Of a stretch of 57,351 nucleotides of DNA, positions 26,046 through 38,975 are shown piece by piece (within the stretch, counting starts at the first letter, position 1; every line of letters begins with the position of its first letter). Both the position numbers and the translations under genes were made by a program. The notes beneath the pieces were generated by a model, which was not told the origin of the DNA, made no database searches, and saw nothing but the letters and a program-made list of their open reading frames with translations. This stretch comes from Octopus bimaculoides. Its lineage: Eukaryota. The stretch spans positions 97,326,284-97,383,634 of the forward strand of contig NC_068982.1 of the NCBI RefSeq assembly GCF_001194135.2, read 5' to 3'.

Positions 26046-27486
26046 CACACACATACATACACATGTGTGGGGCCATGCTGAAGCATGCACACACACATAT
26101 ACACATAAATACATATACATACACATACATACATACAAACATATTCTTATGTACAGAAAAATTCTTAAACATGTCCCCAACCCTATTCCACTCCAAAATA
26201 TTAATTTTAGTTATTTTTGTTTTGTTTTGTTTTAGTTCTAAAAGTTTTCATTTTGTTTTCAACCAGCGGCAAATAAAGAAATAAAGGAGAGGAAAAAAGT
26301 TTTTTAAATAATTTTCTTTGATTTCAATGTAGATTCCTTTTTTGTATTATTGTTGCTGTTCATGTTGTTTTAAGTTCCCATGCGATGTTTATTTGTCTCA
26401 AATATGTTACATATCATTTGTGTGTATATGTGCGTGTATGTGTGTGCATGTGTGTTTGTGTGCATGTGTGTGCGTGTGTGTGTGTCTGTGTGTCTGTGTG
26501 TACATGTTTGAGCATTACAAATGAGAGTAAACATTTATTCATTCAAAATTGATGGTTCAAATCTGTCTCTACTTTGAGTTTTTCTGATTGAAATATGCGT
26601 ACATATATATACATGTATATATATATATATNNNNNNNNNNNNNNNNNNNNNNNNNNNNNNNNNNNNNNNNNNNNNNNNNNNNNNNNNNNNNNNNNNNNNN
26701 NNNNNNNNNNNNNNNNNNNNNNNNNNNNNNNNNNNNNNNNNNNNNNNNNNNNNNNNNNNNNNNNNNNNNNNNNNNNNNNNNNNNNNNNNNNNNNNNNNNN
26801 NNNNNNNNNNNNNNNNNNNNNNNNNNNNNNNNNNNNNNNNNNNNNNNNNNNNNNNNNNNNNNNNNNNNNNNNNNNNNNNNNNNNNNNNNNNNNNNNNNNN
26901 NNNNNNNNNNNNNNNNNNNNNNNNNNNNNNNNNNNNNNNNNNNNNNNNNNNNNNNNNNNNNNNNNNNNNNNNNNNNNNNNNNNNNNNNNNNNNNNNNNNN
27001 NNNNNNNNNNNNNNNNNNNNNNNNNNNNNNNNNNNNNNNNNNNNNNNNNNNNNNNNNNNNNNNNNNNNNNNNNNNNNNNNNNNNNNNNNNNNNNNNNNNN
27101 NNNNNNNNNNNNNNNNNNNNNNNNNNNNNNNNNNNNNNNNNNNNNNNNNNNNNNNNNNNNNNNNNNNNNNNNNNNNNNNNNNNNNNNNNNNNNNNNNNNN
27201 NNNNNNNNNNNNNNNNNNNNNNNNNNNNNNNNNNNNNNNNNNNNNNNNNNNNNNNNNNNNNNNNNNNNNNNNNNNNNNNNNNNNNNNNNNNNNNNNNNNN
27301 NNNNNNNNNNNNNNNNNNNNNNNNNNNNNNNNNNNNNNNNNNNNNNNNNNNNNNNNNNNNNNNNNNNNNNNNNNNNNNNNNNNNNNNNNNNNNNNNNNNN
27401 NNNNNNNNNNNNNNNNNNNNNNNNNNNNNNNNNNNNNNNNNNNNNNNNNNNNNNNNNNNNNNNNNNNNNNNNNNNNNNNNNNNNNN

Positions 27487-27550
<64 letters not shown>

Positions 27551-28077
27551 CAGTACCAGGCAGTGGCTTTCATGGCTTCTGATCTTCATTGACTGGAAGT
27601 GTTATCATGTACATTGTTTTGTCTTGGTATAAAAGATGGGCTACAGCAAATATTCTTCTTAATACCACAGATTTGCTTGTCAATTGTTTGACCGCAACCA
27701 GTTCAGCATGTCCCTTGGTGGCTGACAATATGTGCATCTCTGATCATTAGCAGAAGTAGTGGGGGAGCATCATAGCCATGTATTGAAAGGAATTCTTTGA
27801 GGTTTGAATAATTCACCTTTGGAAACATGGGTGTTTTGCTCAACATCCTTAAACAAACCTTATCCAGGGACCTTTTAAGTGGGATGAGCTACTCGAGATC
27901 CTAACTGGGCCCCACCTGCGAGGTCATGCGCTGTTTATCTTGATATGAGATCACCATGTCGCGCACATATGGTTGTGATGCATGTGCCTGATGTACCCTT
28001 ATCAGACGGGTAGTCAGGATGGGCTTCGTATATTTTACCCCTGTGTCACTTTGATGGCATGCACTGCTCTCTCACTC

Positions 28078-28127
<50 letters not shown>

Positions 28128-28160
28128 TGATGATGATGATGATGATGATCATGATCATGA
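27487..28160. repeat. (AAT)n - 530 bp higher-complexity insert - (AAT)n(GAT)n
   Basis: (AAT)n at 27487-27549 and 28078-28125 bracket a non-simple segment at 27550-28077. Confidence 0.7.
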
Positions 28161-28200
28161 TCATGACGACGACGACGATATCTATGTTTTTTTTTTTGCA

Positions 28201-28288
28201 GGAGGGTAAAGCCAGCTATATGGGCAAAGCCAGGAGGGCAAAGCCAGGAGGGCAAAGCCAGGAGGGCAAAGCCAGGAGGGCAAAGCCA
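28201..28288. repeat. 14 bp minisatellite GGAGGGCAAAGCCA
   Basis: Four perfect units at 28233-28288 plus two variant units. Confidence 0.9.
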
Positions 28289-28878
28289 ACTACTTGACTG
28301 GAACTTTATTTTATCGGCCTCGAAAGGACGGAAGTCGAAGCCGATCTTTGCAAGACATGTACTAACAGACCCAAAGGTTCGGAAATAACTAGAGCACAGT
28401 AATAATAGCTGAACAATAACAGCTAAACATTACTTTAATTACGCTAAAAAATTTTCATTTGTAACTGATTTGCTGAATACACGTCTTGAATGATTGTTAA
28501 ACAGCTTTTGATCGCTTCATACAATTGGCTTATATAGTAACGGCTCATCGGTTCAGAGTAAACAGGATATGCATTAATTTGCCCATGCTCAGGAAATGGA
28601 AGTGTTAACAGAGCTTCCGGCAATGTCTGCAGCCATTACCAGAATTATGGCAGTATTATTGCTATAATAGTGTTCTTGTTGTTCCTGAGGATGCTGTTGT
28701 TGTTGTTGTTGCTGCTGCTATTGTGCTGGTTATTGTAAACAATCATATGGACTATATATATATTAAAAAAAAAACTGATATTAAATATTAAAGTCTGAGT
28801 GTTCTGAGATATTCAATTGTCTTTTTTTTCGATATTGCAGATTTATTGTTAACTTGCAAGGAGAGTTATATAAAACAA

Positions 28879-29257
28879 TGTTGTTGTTGTTGGCACTCCG
28901 TCGCTTACGACGTCGAGGGTTCCAGTTGATCCGATCAACGGAACAGCCTGCTCGTGAAATTAACGTGCAAGTGGCTAAGCACTCCACAGACACGTGTACC
29001 CTTAACGTAGTTCTCGGAGATATTCAGCCTGACAAGGCTGACCCTTTGAATTACAGGCACAACAGAAACAGGAAGTAAGAGTGAGAGAAAGTTGTGGTGA
29101 AAGAGTACAGCAGGGTTCACCACCATCCCCTGCCGGAGCCTCGTGGAGCTTTAGGTGCTTTCGCTCAATAAACATTCACAATGCCCGGTCTGGGAATCGA
29201 AACCGCGATCCTATGACCGCGAGTCCGCCGCCTTAACCACTGGACCATTGCGCCTCC
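28879..29257 (-). mobile_element. tRNA-derived SINE family B, full length
   Basis: Reverse complement of 46030-46417, with a (AAC)n tail. Confidence 0.88.
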
Positions 29258-29659
29258 ACTCAGGACGAATAAGACTGCATGTACTGAATGTATTTTTAGT
29301 CTTCTTTTACAGATGTCAGGTTGTGATCTTGAGAGAAACTTAGCTACTATTTCTAGAAAATCGAGTATCCAGGTGTAGTTCCCTTGTTTGCTGGTAGCAG
29401 CAGAAGTCCAACGTGTAATTTAATTGTTGTTGATTGGCACTAGGTCATCCCTGATCGAGCAGAATTTTCATCAGAGGCGTCCCAACACTGACCATCTCAT
29501 TGTTTTTTTCCTCTACCAAGGATTACATTCTTTAATGCACTTCTTTTTTTAAGACAATTGAAGCTTCCTCACCGGCTGCTGTAATTTAATGTAATTTAGT
29601 AGTAGTAAGACATAGTGCTGGATGATATAGTATAAAGTGATATAGAGAAAAGAAACGTG

Positions 29660-29830
29660 AAAGTGCAGGGTCTGGTGGTTAGAGTGTTGGAATCCCGAAC
29701 ACAAGGTCGTAATCCCGATTTTTAGATCGGACAGCACGTTGTGACATTGAGCAAAGTACTTTATTGTACGTCGCTACAGTTTATTACTCAGATAAAATGA
29801 ATATCAGCATAGTACTGGTGCAACCCTCTC
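29660..29830 (+). mobile_element. Old tRNA-derived SINE remnant
   Basis: TGGTGGTTAGAGTG A-box-like head followed by a GTGACATTGAGCAAAGTACTTTAT core-like segment. Confidence 0.35.
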
Positions 29831-30199
29831 TGATCTGGCTGGTATTTCTAGGAGGTCCAGTGATCACGCAAAGCTTTCCTTGTCGGCTTGAAGAACCAAG
29901 AAGAACCAGTGATACAGACAGTGTAGAGTATATTCTAAAATGCTTTCTCAGTGATGATAGTGATTGCTCTGCTTTGATCCTAACGTGACCCCAACTGAAA
30001 TGAGAAAATGAGATTAAAAGAATAAAATTTGAATTCAAACCTTGACTTCGTTGCTAACAACAGCCAACGATTTATGAACAATTTCTGAACGATTTATGAG
30101 AGGAATAGAAAATAATATGATAAGGTAGACAAGCATACAAATACACACTCACATACATATGCATAAACACACCAGCACATACACCCATAGTCTTTCTCT

Positions 30200-30620
30200 A
30201 TTTAGACACACAATGAACTATATACGCATAGAGGGAAAGAGAGGGAGAGGTAGATAAGTGAGAAAAAGAGAGGGAGAGGCAGATAAGAAAGAAAGAGAGA
30301 GTGAGAGGAAGATAAGAAAGAGAGAGAGGGGGGAGAGAGAGAGAGGGGGAGAGAGAGAGGGGGGGAGAGAATCTAAAATTGAGATTGGGTTAGAAAGAAA
30401 GAATTATAGGGAAATTGAAGGAAAGTGAGGAAAAGAACAATAAAAAGGAGAAGATTGAAAAGTAAAAAAAGAAAGAAAGAGGAGGAGAGAGAAACAGGTA
30501 AAAAAAAAGGAAGGATGAGAAAAGATGGGTGTTATGAAGAGGTGAGAGAAGACATGAAAACTGGAGTGCAAGAGAAGAATAATAGAATGAGGAAAATAGA
30601 TTAAAGGGGTAGGAAATATT
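30200..30620. repeat. Polypurine (GA/GAA-rich) low-complexity tract
   Basis: Direct reading. Confidence 0.85.
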
Positions 30621-31079
30621 TGCATTTGATGGGAAAATTCGAATGGAATCGATATTAATTTTAGAATTTAATTGTGATTGAATGGTAGAAAAATTAAAAT
30701 GTCAACCTACTATTTCTAGGAGGCTATGCAACTACGTAGAGGCGCCTTCGGTTGTAATGAATACGGCAGAATATGACAATTGCGGGTTCTTTATTTCTAG
30801 TGAGGCTGAACTGGTTGAGAAGAGAACGAATTCCAGTGGTGCACACAATTCGAGTGGAGGTGGGGTGGGGTAGAGAAATATTGAGGAATGTGCTTTGAAC
30901 AAGGTTTAAGGATCTGATACAGGTGTATAAGGGTATAGATCAGAGAATGATCTATGTTGTCAGTGACGCTCTAACTTTACGTACCAGGGAAGAAGCTTTT
31001 ACGCGCTCATTTAAAAACTAAATCGTCTCATATCACAGCTTAGAAAATACGAACACATTTGGAGAGTGTTGTTCTAGGG

Positions 31080-34000
31080 ATTGTTGGATGCGTCTCGTGT
31101 TTCCGAGCTTGTAAACCAGTTCATTTTCCTGGGTGTTTGAACTGCAGATGGCTCCGCAATCCAAGGGTTGCCTGAAACATACGGGGACATTGTGGACAAG
31201 GTATAGAAGGGGTTGGTTTGGGAAGGAGAAGGCGCTGCTTTCTCTCCCGTCTCTTGAGTTTAGCTCTTGCGACTCGGGCTTTCTTGAAGTCCGCAGAACC
31301 CGTTTTGATGGTGTGTCTCCAGAGGGAGCGCCCGAAAACAGGGTTAGAGCAAGAACACATTCCTGCTTAGTTCCATTCTAAGCTTCGTTTAGAATGTCAA
31401 ATCCTTGTTGCAAAAGACCCTGATTTTGAGACGACCAAAAGAGGTATGGCCTGATTGGATGCGATGTTCAATATCCTTACCAGATCCTGCAGTGGGTGAC
31501 AGAAAACTTCCATGATAGCAGAAATCCTCGACGACCTCAATTGATTGGTTGTTGATGGTGATGTTGGGGTTGTCAAGGTTGGAACGAGGAGCTGGATGAG
31601 CGAGCACTTTGGTTTTGGCGATGTTCACTTTCAGTCGAAGGTTTGATAAGCTCTGCTGAAGTTGTTTGTTGAGGTTTGGAGGTCTTCTGCAGTTGAAGAT
31701 GGGACTGCGTTATCATCGGCGTATTGAAGCTCAGTGCTCTTGTGTTCTCGACAGTGACGTCTTGATAGGAAACGTGAGATGTTGAAAAGCCCGCCATCAA
31801 ATCTGCATCTGAGTTCCACTCCGGGGTTGTCTGTTGGAATTTCGGAGAGCATGGCAGCGATGTAGAGAGAAAACAGGGTTGGAGCAAGAACACATCTCTG
31901 CTTCAGGCCACAGGTGATCTTGAATTCTTCAGAAATGATAAAGGACTCTTCCCCACATGTCATCATGGAAACCCTTGATCAGTGAGAGGAATCCTCCAGG
32001 ACAACCGTAACGATGCAAGATATCCCACATGACCTCTCTTGAGACACTGTCGAAAGCGTTTTCCAAGTCGTAGAAGATAAAAAAGACAGGTGTCTGCTGC
32101 TCCTGGCTCTTCTCCTGGATCTGACGTGCACAAAAGATCATGTCGATGGTACCGCTTGACCTTCTGAAACCACACTGTGACTCAGGAAAGACTGACTCAG
32201 TTACTGCTTGGAGACGTAACAAGAATCGTGCGATGATCTTGCCTGCGATTGAAAGCAGAGAGATGCCACGATAGTTACCACAAAGACTCCTATCCCCTTT
32301 CTTGAAGATGGTGACAATGACTGTATCTTTGAGATCTTGAGGAATCTGTTTCTTCTCCCAGATCTGCAGAATCAGCATGAAGAGTCTTGTCCGAAGAGCA
32401 GGTCCACCCGCTCTGAGGAGTTCAAAGGGAATTCAAAGGAAATGTTGTCGGGTCCAGGAGCTTTGTTAGGTTTCATTTGATTGAAAGCGGTCATGAATTC
32501 AATATGGGAAGGGGAACGTGACAGTTCCGGTCTGACAGGGGGTTGAGGAATGTTCTTCAGCGAGTCTTCAGAAGCAGTGGACGGGCGATTCAACAAGGCT
32601 TCGAAGTGTTCTTTCCAGCGATGAAGAATCCCATCCTTCTCGGTGATGACATTTGAGTTGTCTGCTGTTTTCAGCTGGGATGTTGATGATATTTGGGGAC
32701 CGCAGATTTCCTTGGTTCCAGCAAAAAAGTTCCTCGTGTCACGGCTGTCAGCAAAGGATTGGAGTTGGACAGCTTTGGCTCACCACCATTGATTCTCGAT
32801 CTCGCGAATCCTTTTTTGGCAGAGTGATTTGGCTTCTTTGAATCTGGCGAGTTTCGTGGAACATGAGGGGTTGTTCAGATGTGCAATGAGTGCCGATCGC
32901 TTGGCATCAATCAGGGTGGAGATTTCAAGACTGTTTGAATCGAACCAGTCTGCACGGGATCGCTTTTGGAAACCGATGTTCACTCTCGCAGATTTGGTGA
33001 TGATGTTCTCGAGCGTGGTCTAGTCTGCGTTGGGATCAGAGCTGTCACATGGAGGTGGGGTTTCATTCAACTCCTTTTCGACAGACTCTTGAAAAAGACG
33101 GACCTTCTGGAGGTATCGGATGGCAGTGGTGTCGTACTTCCTCCGGGAAGGTGGATTTGATCTTGAGGGGATTGTCTTCTTCTTCAGAGTCCATCTTATC
33201 CGCGTGACAACCAGACGGTAGTTGGTCCAACAGTCGTCAGCAGACAGCATAGAACGAGTGATCAGAACATTTTTGAGATCACATTGTCTTGTGATGGCAT
33301 AGTTTAGGAGGTGCCAATGCTTGGATCTGGGATGTTGCCATGTGATCTTGAAGCGGTTCCTCTGCCTGAAGAAGGTGTTTGTGACAGCAAGTTGGTGTTC
33401 GGAACACAGTCCAAAAAGAATATGTCCATTTGCATTGGAGTTCCCGACTCCGTCTTTCCGAACAACCTTCTCCCAAAGATGATGGTCCCTGCCAATCCTT
33501 GCGTTGAAGTCACCCAATAGGAAGATCTTGTCTGAACTGGGGACAGCTGTGAGTTGTTGGTCGAGTTGATGGTAGAACTCTTCCTTTATGTTGTCCTCAG
33601 CACCCAGTGCTGGAGCTTAGATGGAAAAGATGGTGATGAAAGATGTTGAGAGGGGAATTCGGATGGACATGATTCTCTCCGTGATGCAAGGCGGAGTCAG
33701 ATTGAAGGATTCTAAGAGCTTTGTCTTGATTGCAAAACCCACGCCGTGCATATGAGGTTGGCCAGGCTCCTTTCCTTTCCAGAAGATCGTATATCCGGAA
33801 CTTTTCTCTTCAAGTGATCCTTACCCTGAGAGCCTGGTTTCACTCAGAGCTGCAAAGTCCACATCGAAACGGATCAGTTCGTGTGTGACGAGGGCTGTTC
33901 TTCTGGCAGGTCGATTTGTGTCCTTGTGATCTAGTAGTGTCCGAACGTTCCAAGTAGCAAAGTTATTTATAGTGTTTCGACTGCAGAATGGATGACCCGC

Positions 34001-34118
34001 TGAACGCAGCTTTCCAGCCGGGTAGAGTTGCGACATCCGATGTTTAGCCCACCTTTTCTAAGGCCTTCCTCATTCGAGGTGGGCTGCGGGAATCCTAAAT
34101 AGTCCAGCCCAGTCGTGA
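31080..34118 (-). mobile_element. Near full-length RTE-clade LINE, inactive (APE endonuclease + RT + C2H2 finger)
   Basis: Endonuclease motifs NFATWNVRTL, AALSETR, GDFNARIG, TWQHPRSKHWHLLNYAI. RT motifs KGDRSLCGNYRGISLLS, PESQCGFR, YDLENAFDSVSR, CGLKQRCVLAPTLF, LQYADDNA. C-terminal CPQCPRMFQATLGLRSHLQFKH. Several frameshifts and stops, plus an internal deletion. Confidence 0.97.
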
Positions 34119-34143
34119 ACATTTGGAGAGTGTTGTTCTAGGG

Positions 34144-34218
34144 GTTGTTGGCTGCGTCTCGTGTTTCCGAGCTTACAATCCAGTTAATTTACCTGGGTGT
34201 TTGAACCGCGGATGGCTC
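34144..34218 (-). mobile_element. 75 bp RTE 3' terminal fragment
   Basis: 66/75 identical to 31080-31154. Confidence 0.85.
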
Positions 34219-35699
34219 TCATTTAAAAACTAAATCTTCTCATATCACAGCTTAGAAAATACGAAAACATTTGGAGAGTGTTGTCCTAGGGTTACTGTGC
34301 TAAAAAATAAATAGATTAATAAATAAATAAACAAACATAAAAATAACGTGGCATAATGACGGGGATGTTGTTGCTAATTTAAATGACATCCAATCTGATG
34401 TGATTGCGTGTAGTCATGATAGTTTGAAAATGCTTAATACGTCAAACTAAGTCAATTATTTAACCTTTTGCCTGTCTTATGTATCATATGAGACACAAAG
34501 TACATACTTCCTTAGCGTCTATGCATAATATATAATAGACATTCGCGATTTTTTTTCAACCACCAGAGTAACTTGGGGCTTGTGAAAGGAAAGCATATAT
34601 TATTCAGAATATATGAAACAAGGGCAAACTAAAAGTCTGAAAACAAGTATGGAAATTTAGCACATATTTATGAAAATGCTTTGGATAGGTAAAGGATTGT
34701 AGAATTAATTGCAGCATCCGGTGTCTCCTATAGAAACAGTGTTTCCCATAACGATTGACTTAATGTTGCTTACCATAACTGAGTTGAACAAGCGTTGATC
34801 TATTAAATGGTTTAAACAACATTTCTATAACCATCCGATGTTCTGTAATGAATTATCTCTTCCCAAAAAACTCAGGAAGGGAAAAGGTGAATTTTGTTCC
34901 ATTTCCTCGATTATTATTCCATATAATCACGGATCTAAGTTTATTGGTAAATGAAGTTATCGAAATATTCGATAATTTAATTAGCTCCTCTGATAAGTGG
35001 TTCCGTAATGACAATTTTGCAGTGATTTGGAAGAAAGTATTCTACAGACCAAATTAATTGATTTCAAGTAAAATCGTGGTGAATATATATCCAAAATTTA
35101 CATAATAAAAAAAAAAAGAAAGAAAAAGAAATCAACCTGAAAAATAGAACCAAAGACAAGCCCGGTTGCCAGCATGTCTAGAATTATCCACAAGATTACC
35201 ACAACCTCCATTGATTATTAAGAATATATCTTAAAAATATTTTCTACATTACTATCTATATACATCCACATACACACATATATATATGAATACAAATGAA
35301 TACAAATCAATGAGTCAATATATAAGTGTATGTGTGTATGTGTGTTTGTGTTTATGTGCGTGTGAAAATCCGATGTGAATTATCAATAAATTATTCTAAA
35401 CTTCATATTTTGTTGGCCATTACATTGTTTTCAACGTTACAGGAATATTAGTTTAGAAATTTATAATTTATTTACATAAACAATAGAAAACATTCTCCCA
35501 GAGATAAGCTCAGAAACTAAATGTAAAATATCTAATAAATTATTGGAGCCTGGATTCTATGCTTTATTATATACATTTTTATGAAGTTTATTTCTGTAAC
35601 TGCGTGTAATAAACACGAAGTAAGTTAAGTAATATGGTAATAAGTAAATAACTACATATGCACGCACGCACGTACACACATACGTATGATATATGTATG

Positions 35700-35718
35700 T
35701 GTGTACACACACACCACA

Positions 35719-35802
<84 letters not shown>

Positions 35803-35805
35803 ACA
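35700..35805. repeat. (CA)n microsatellite
   Basis: Direct reading. Confidence 0.95.
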
Positions 35806-37739
35806 TATTTATAAAAAGGAATTAAATTAGCAGATAATTTAGTAAATCTCGGTTGAAATAACTTGGAATTATGCATTTAACAATGATCTAATTTCGAGCG
35901 ACAACATCAACAGCAACATCACCACCTACAACAATAACAAGGAGAAGAATAGTTCTTTTTGGAGTTTATTTCACATAGCTGTTTACAATAGCATCAAACT
36001 GTAAATATAAGCTGTCGTCCGCCATATTGGTAGACATGGAAAGATTTATAGGAATTTGAAAATAAGATCTGGAATGAAAAGATATTCCAGATCATGGATA
36101 AACATTAATGAAATAGAATTATATTCGGTACAGTAATTTAATAGAAATGCACCAAAACGTATGTGAAATATATAAATATATAGATAAATGGTAAGCAACG
36201 ATATTAGTACGAATTGTCTCATATTCCTTATTTAATCTGTTAACATTGTCCGATATATCCCCTATATCACATAATAATCTCCCGGGTGTGTATTGATAAA
36301 CATGGAGCCATGGATTGCTTGAACAGACGAGACCAGATTTGATATGTTTATCACTACGACAGACAGTCATCTTTAGCTTAGAATGCGCGCGCAACTTGTT
36401 TACAAATATCCACTTAGCGAACTTTCTATAACGCATTATAGAAAAATATATCAGACGTTTTTTTTTTAATTTTTATCAAAAGGATATTATCTGCCATTGA
36501 CAAGATTATCTAAGTTTGGCATTTGATTCTGTCTTTGAAAATGAATACAAAATCTTAATATTTTGCATTTATATAGTAGCGGCTTCTAATGTACCTTCAC
36601 CTGCATACATGGGTTACATAAAAGAATTCGCATATTTTATAGTCATTGTCATATTCAATCACTACATTAAACCGACATTGACGTACCGATATAAATATAC
36701 ACATGCAGACAGATAAACAAATACTAGATACATTGTATGTCCGTGCTACGTGTGTGTTTGTGCACGTGTTTGTATGTATGGGCGAAGGAGAATGATTGCT
36801 CTTGTGTGTGTGTGTGTGTGTGTGTGCGTGTATGTGTGTATGCGTGTGTGTATATACGTGCATGTTAGGACTAAAATATTTGTTTATAAACCTAGGAATG
36901 TTCTCGATCGAAAAAATGTACACGGGTCACGATAGAGCAATATGGCAGACAATAAAATGAAATAAATGTCTGCTTTGACTGTCAAATGCTTACAAGAGAT
37001 AAGGGGAGATAAGATCAATAATACGTTAAGGAAATAATTTACAGTGACACGCTCACATAACATAACACACAACAGAGAGCACATATACAAAGGAAACACA
37101 TGCGTACACAGACAAAACCCGTACACACACACACACACAATCACAAACTAACGCGATTATACACACGAAATACAACTACAAGAATACTGATATTTTCTTT
37201 TTAGATATAAAATAACTAGATCAAATAACTAGAAACGGTAGCCAATGAATGTTAGAAATCTCAGACAAATATGATTCATTCCTACATATTTAAATTTTAT
37301 AATAAAATAACTGCCGGAAAGATCAAAATAGAAAATATAACTATTACCATAATCCTCAGTAAAGGAAATATAGTGATTCCATTTTATTTAGTATTTACAT
37401 AATTTTTATTAGTGAATAAAATTGAATTCATTGCAAAAATATGTTACACAATTCACAAACAATACCATCAAATTTACTTGAAAATACACAAAAAGAGACA
37501 CAGGCCATTGCATCGACCCAAGTATATTATTGGCTCATATTTTTTTTTACCAGGGAGATAACTGGCAAACTCAATTACAGAGAGATTATTTATTTTGCAT
37601 GTATTAGTCTGAGGAGAGAAAGACGAGACCTGTTTTCTGGCTTAGTATAGATTCAGAACAACGAGGTATCAAGCAAGCTGTCTTAAAATACGTTGGTCAG
37701 CTCTTATAATTGTAATTTGAATACATACAAATATATATA

Positions 37740-37775
<36 letters not shown>

Positions 37776-37873
37776 TGTATGTATGTATGTATATTTATAT
37801 TTATATATATGTGTGTGNNNNNNNNNNTGTATGTATGTATGTATGTATGTATGTATGTATGTATATTTATATT

Positions 37874-37913
<40 letters not shown>

Positions 37914-38019
37914 GTGTGTGTGTGTGTGTGTGTGTGTCCTATTTTTTAACTATTATAAATATTCCACTGAAGAGGGAGCCGGTTTTCAACACAGATACAA
38001 GGGATGTAGTTAACACAGA

Positions 38020-38975
38020 CAAATTCACATTTGGAACTTGAGAAAAGTCTTGCATATTTTTACTGTTCCACTCACAGATTGCACTTGTAAAGTACGAATT
38101 AGCCGGTCGATTTCTCTTTCTGAAAATCCCAGTTTATCTAGATTCTCGTTTAAGCANNNNNNNNNNTCACAGATTGCACTTGTAAAGTACGAATTAGCCG
38201 GTCGATTTCTCTTTCTGAAAATCCCAGTTTATCTAGATTCTCGTTTAAGCATTTACTAACAAAATCTAGTACTCCAACTATTATTGGTATGAATATGAAT
38301 TCATAGTCTGGATATAAAAGCTGGAGGTTTTGAAGCAGTTGTCCATAGATATCGTCTTTTTCTTTAATTTTCAAAGAGATATTTATATCTGCAGGGCAGC
38401 TGACCTCTATGATAGTACATACCTTTGCCACTCTGTCCAAAACAACAACATCCGGCCTGTTATGTTTACATTTGACAGAAATTTTGATGGGAATATTCCA
38501 CCAGTATTCCTTAAGTTGGTGTTTATGAATGTATTCCATAACAGAGGGATTTTCTAAGTTTATTTCAGGATTGTCTTTTTTCCGGGTGGTACTGTAAATT
38601 GTTTTAGCAACAACATCGTGCCGCATAAGGAGGTAGTACCGTGACGACATTTTAGGACAACTGCTAATCACATGCGTGATGTCTTCCACAGAGATATGAC
38701 ATAGCCTACACATGCGGTTGCACCTTGGGATTACAAGAGCGTCACTGTCTCTCTTGTTCACCAGGTACTTTGTGGCAATCTCCTGTTACTGGATTGCAAA
38801 CGCATAACCTTCAAAGTGTGATGTAATGTAGTGGTCTTGTGTCCTGGAGAGGATGCGCTTCGTGTCAGTTCTACTGTCTCCTTCAGGCTTCCGGACAACA
38901 TAACCATGCATAGTCTTTTTTGTATGCTGAGTGCTTTCCATCCAAATCTTCTTTGAGATAAGAGAGCCCAACTGT
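38020..38975 (-). mobile_element. R4/Dong-type LINE 3' fragment with CCHC finger and PD-(D/E)xK restriction-like endonuclease
   Basis: CRLCHISVEDITHVISSC...RHDVVAK...KHNRPDVVVLDRVAKVCTIIEVSCP...IPIIVGVL. Upstream frame HFEGYAFAIQ. The reading frame is open for about 200 aa. Confidence 0.92.

Noticed and set aside
34460-34700. Possible piggyBac-like MITE (TTAACCTTTTGCC...GGTAAAGG)
   Set aside because: The right TIR is too degenerate and there is no closing TTAA.
37745-37890. Duplicated microsatellite block
   Set aside because: Also flanks a 10-N gap; assembly artefact.
38072-38251. 85 bp tandem duplication inside the R4 element
   Set aside because: The copies flank a 10-N gap exactly, the signature of an unmerged contig overlap.
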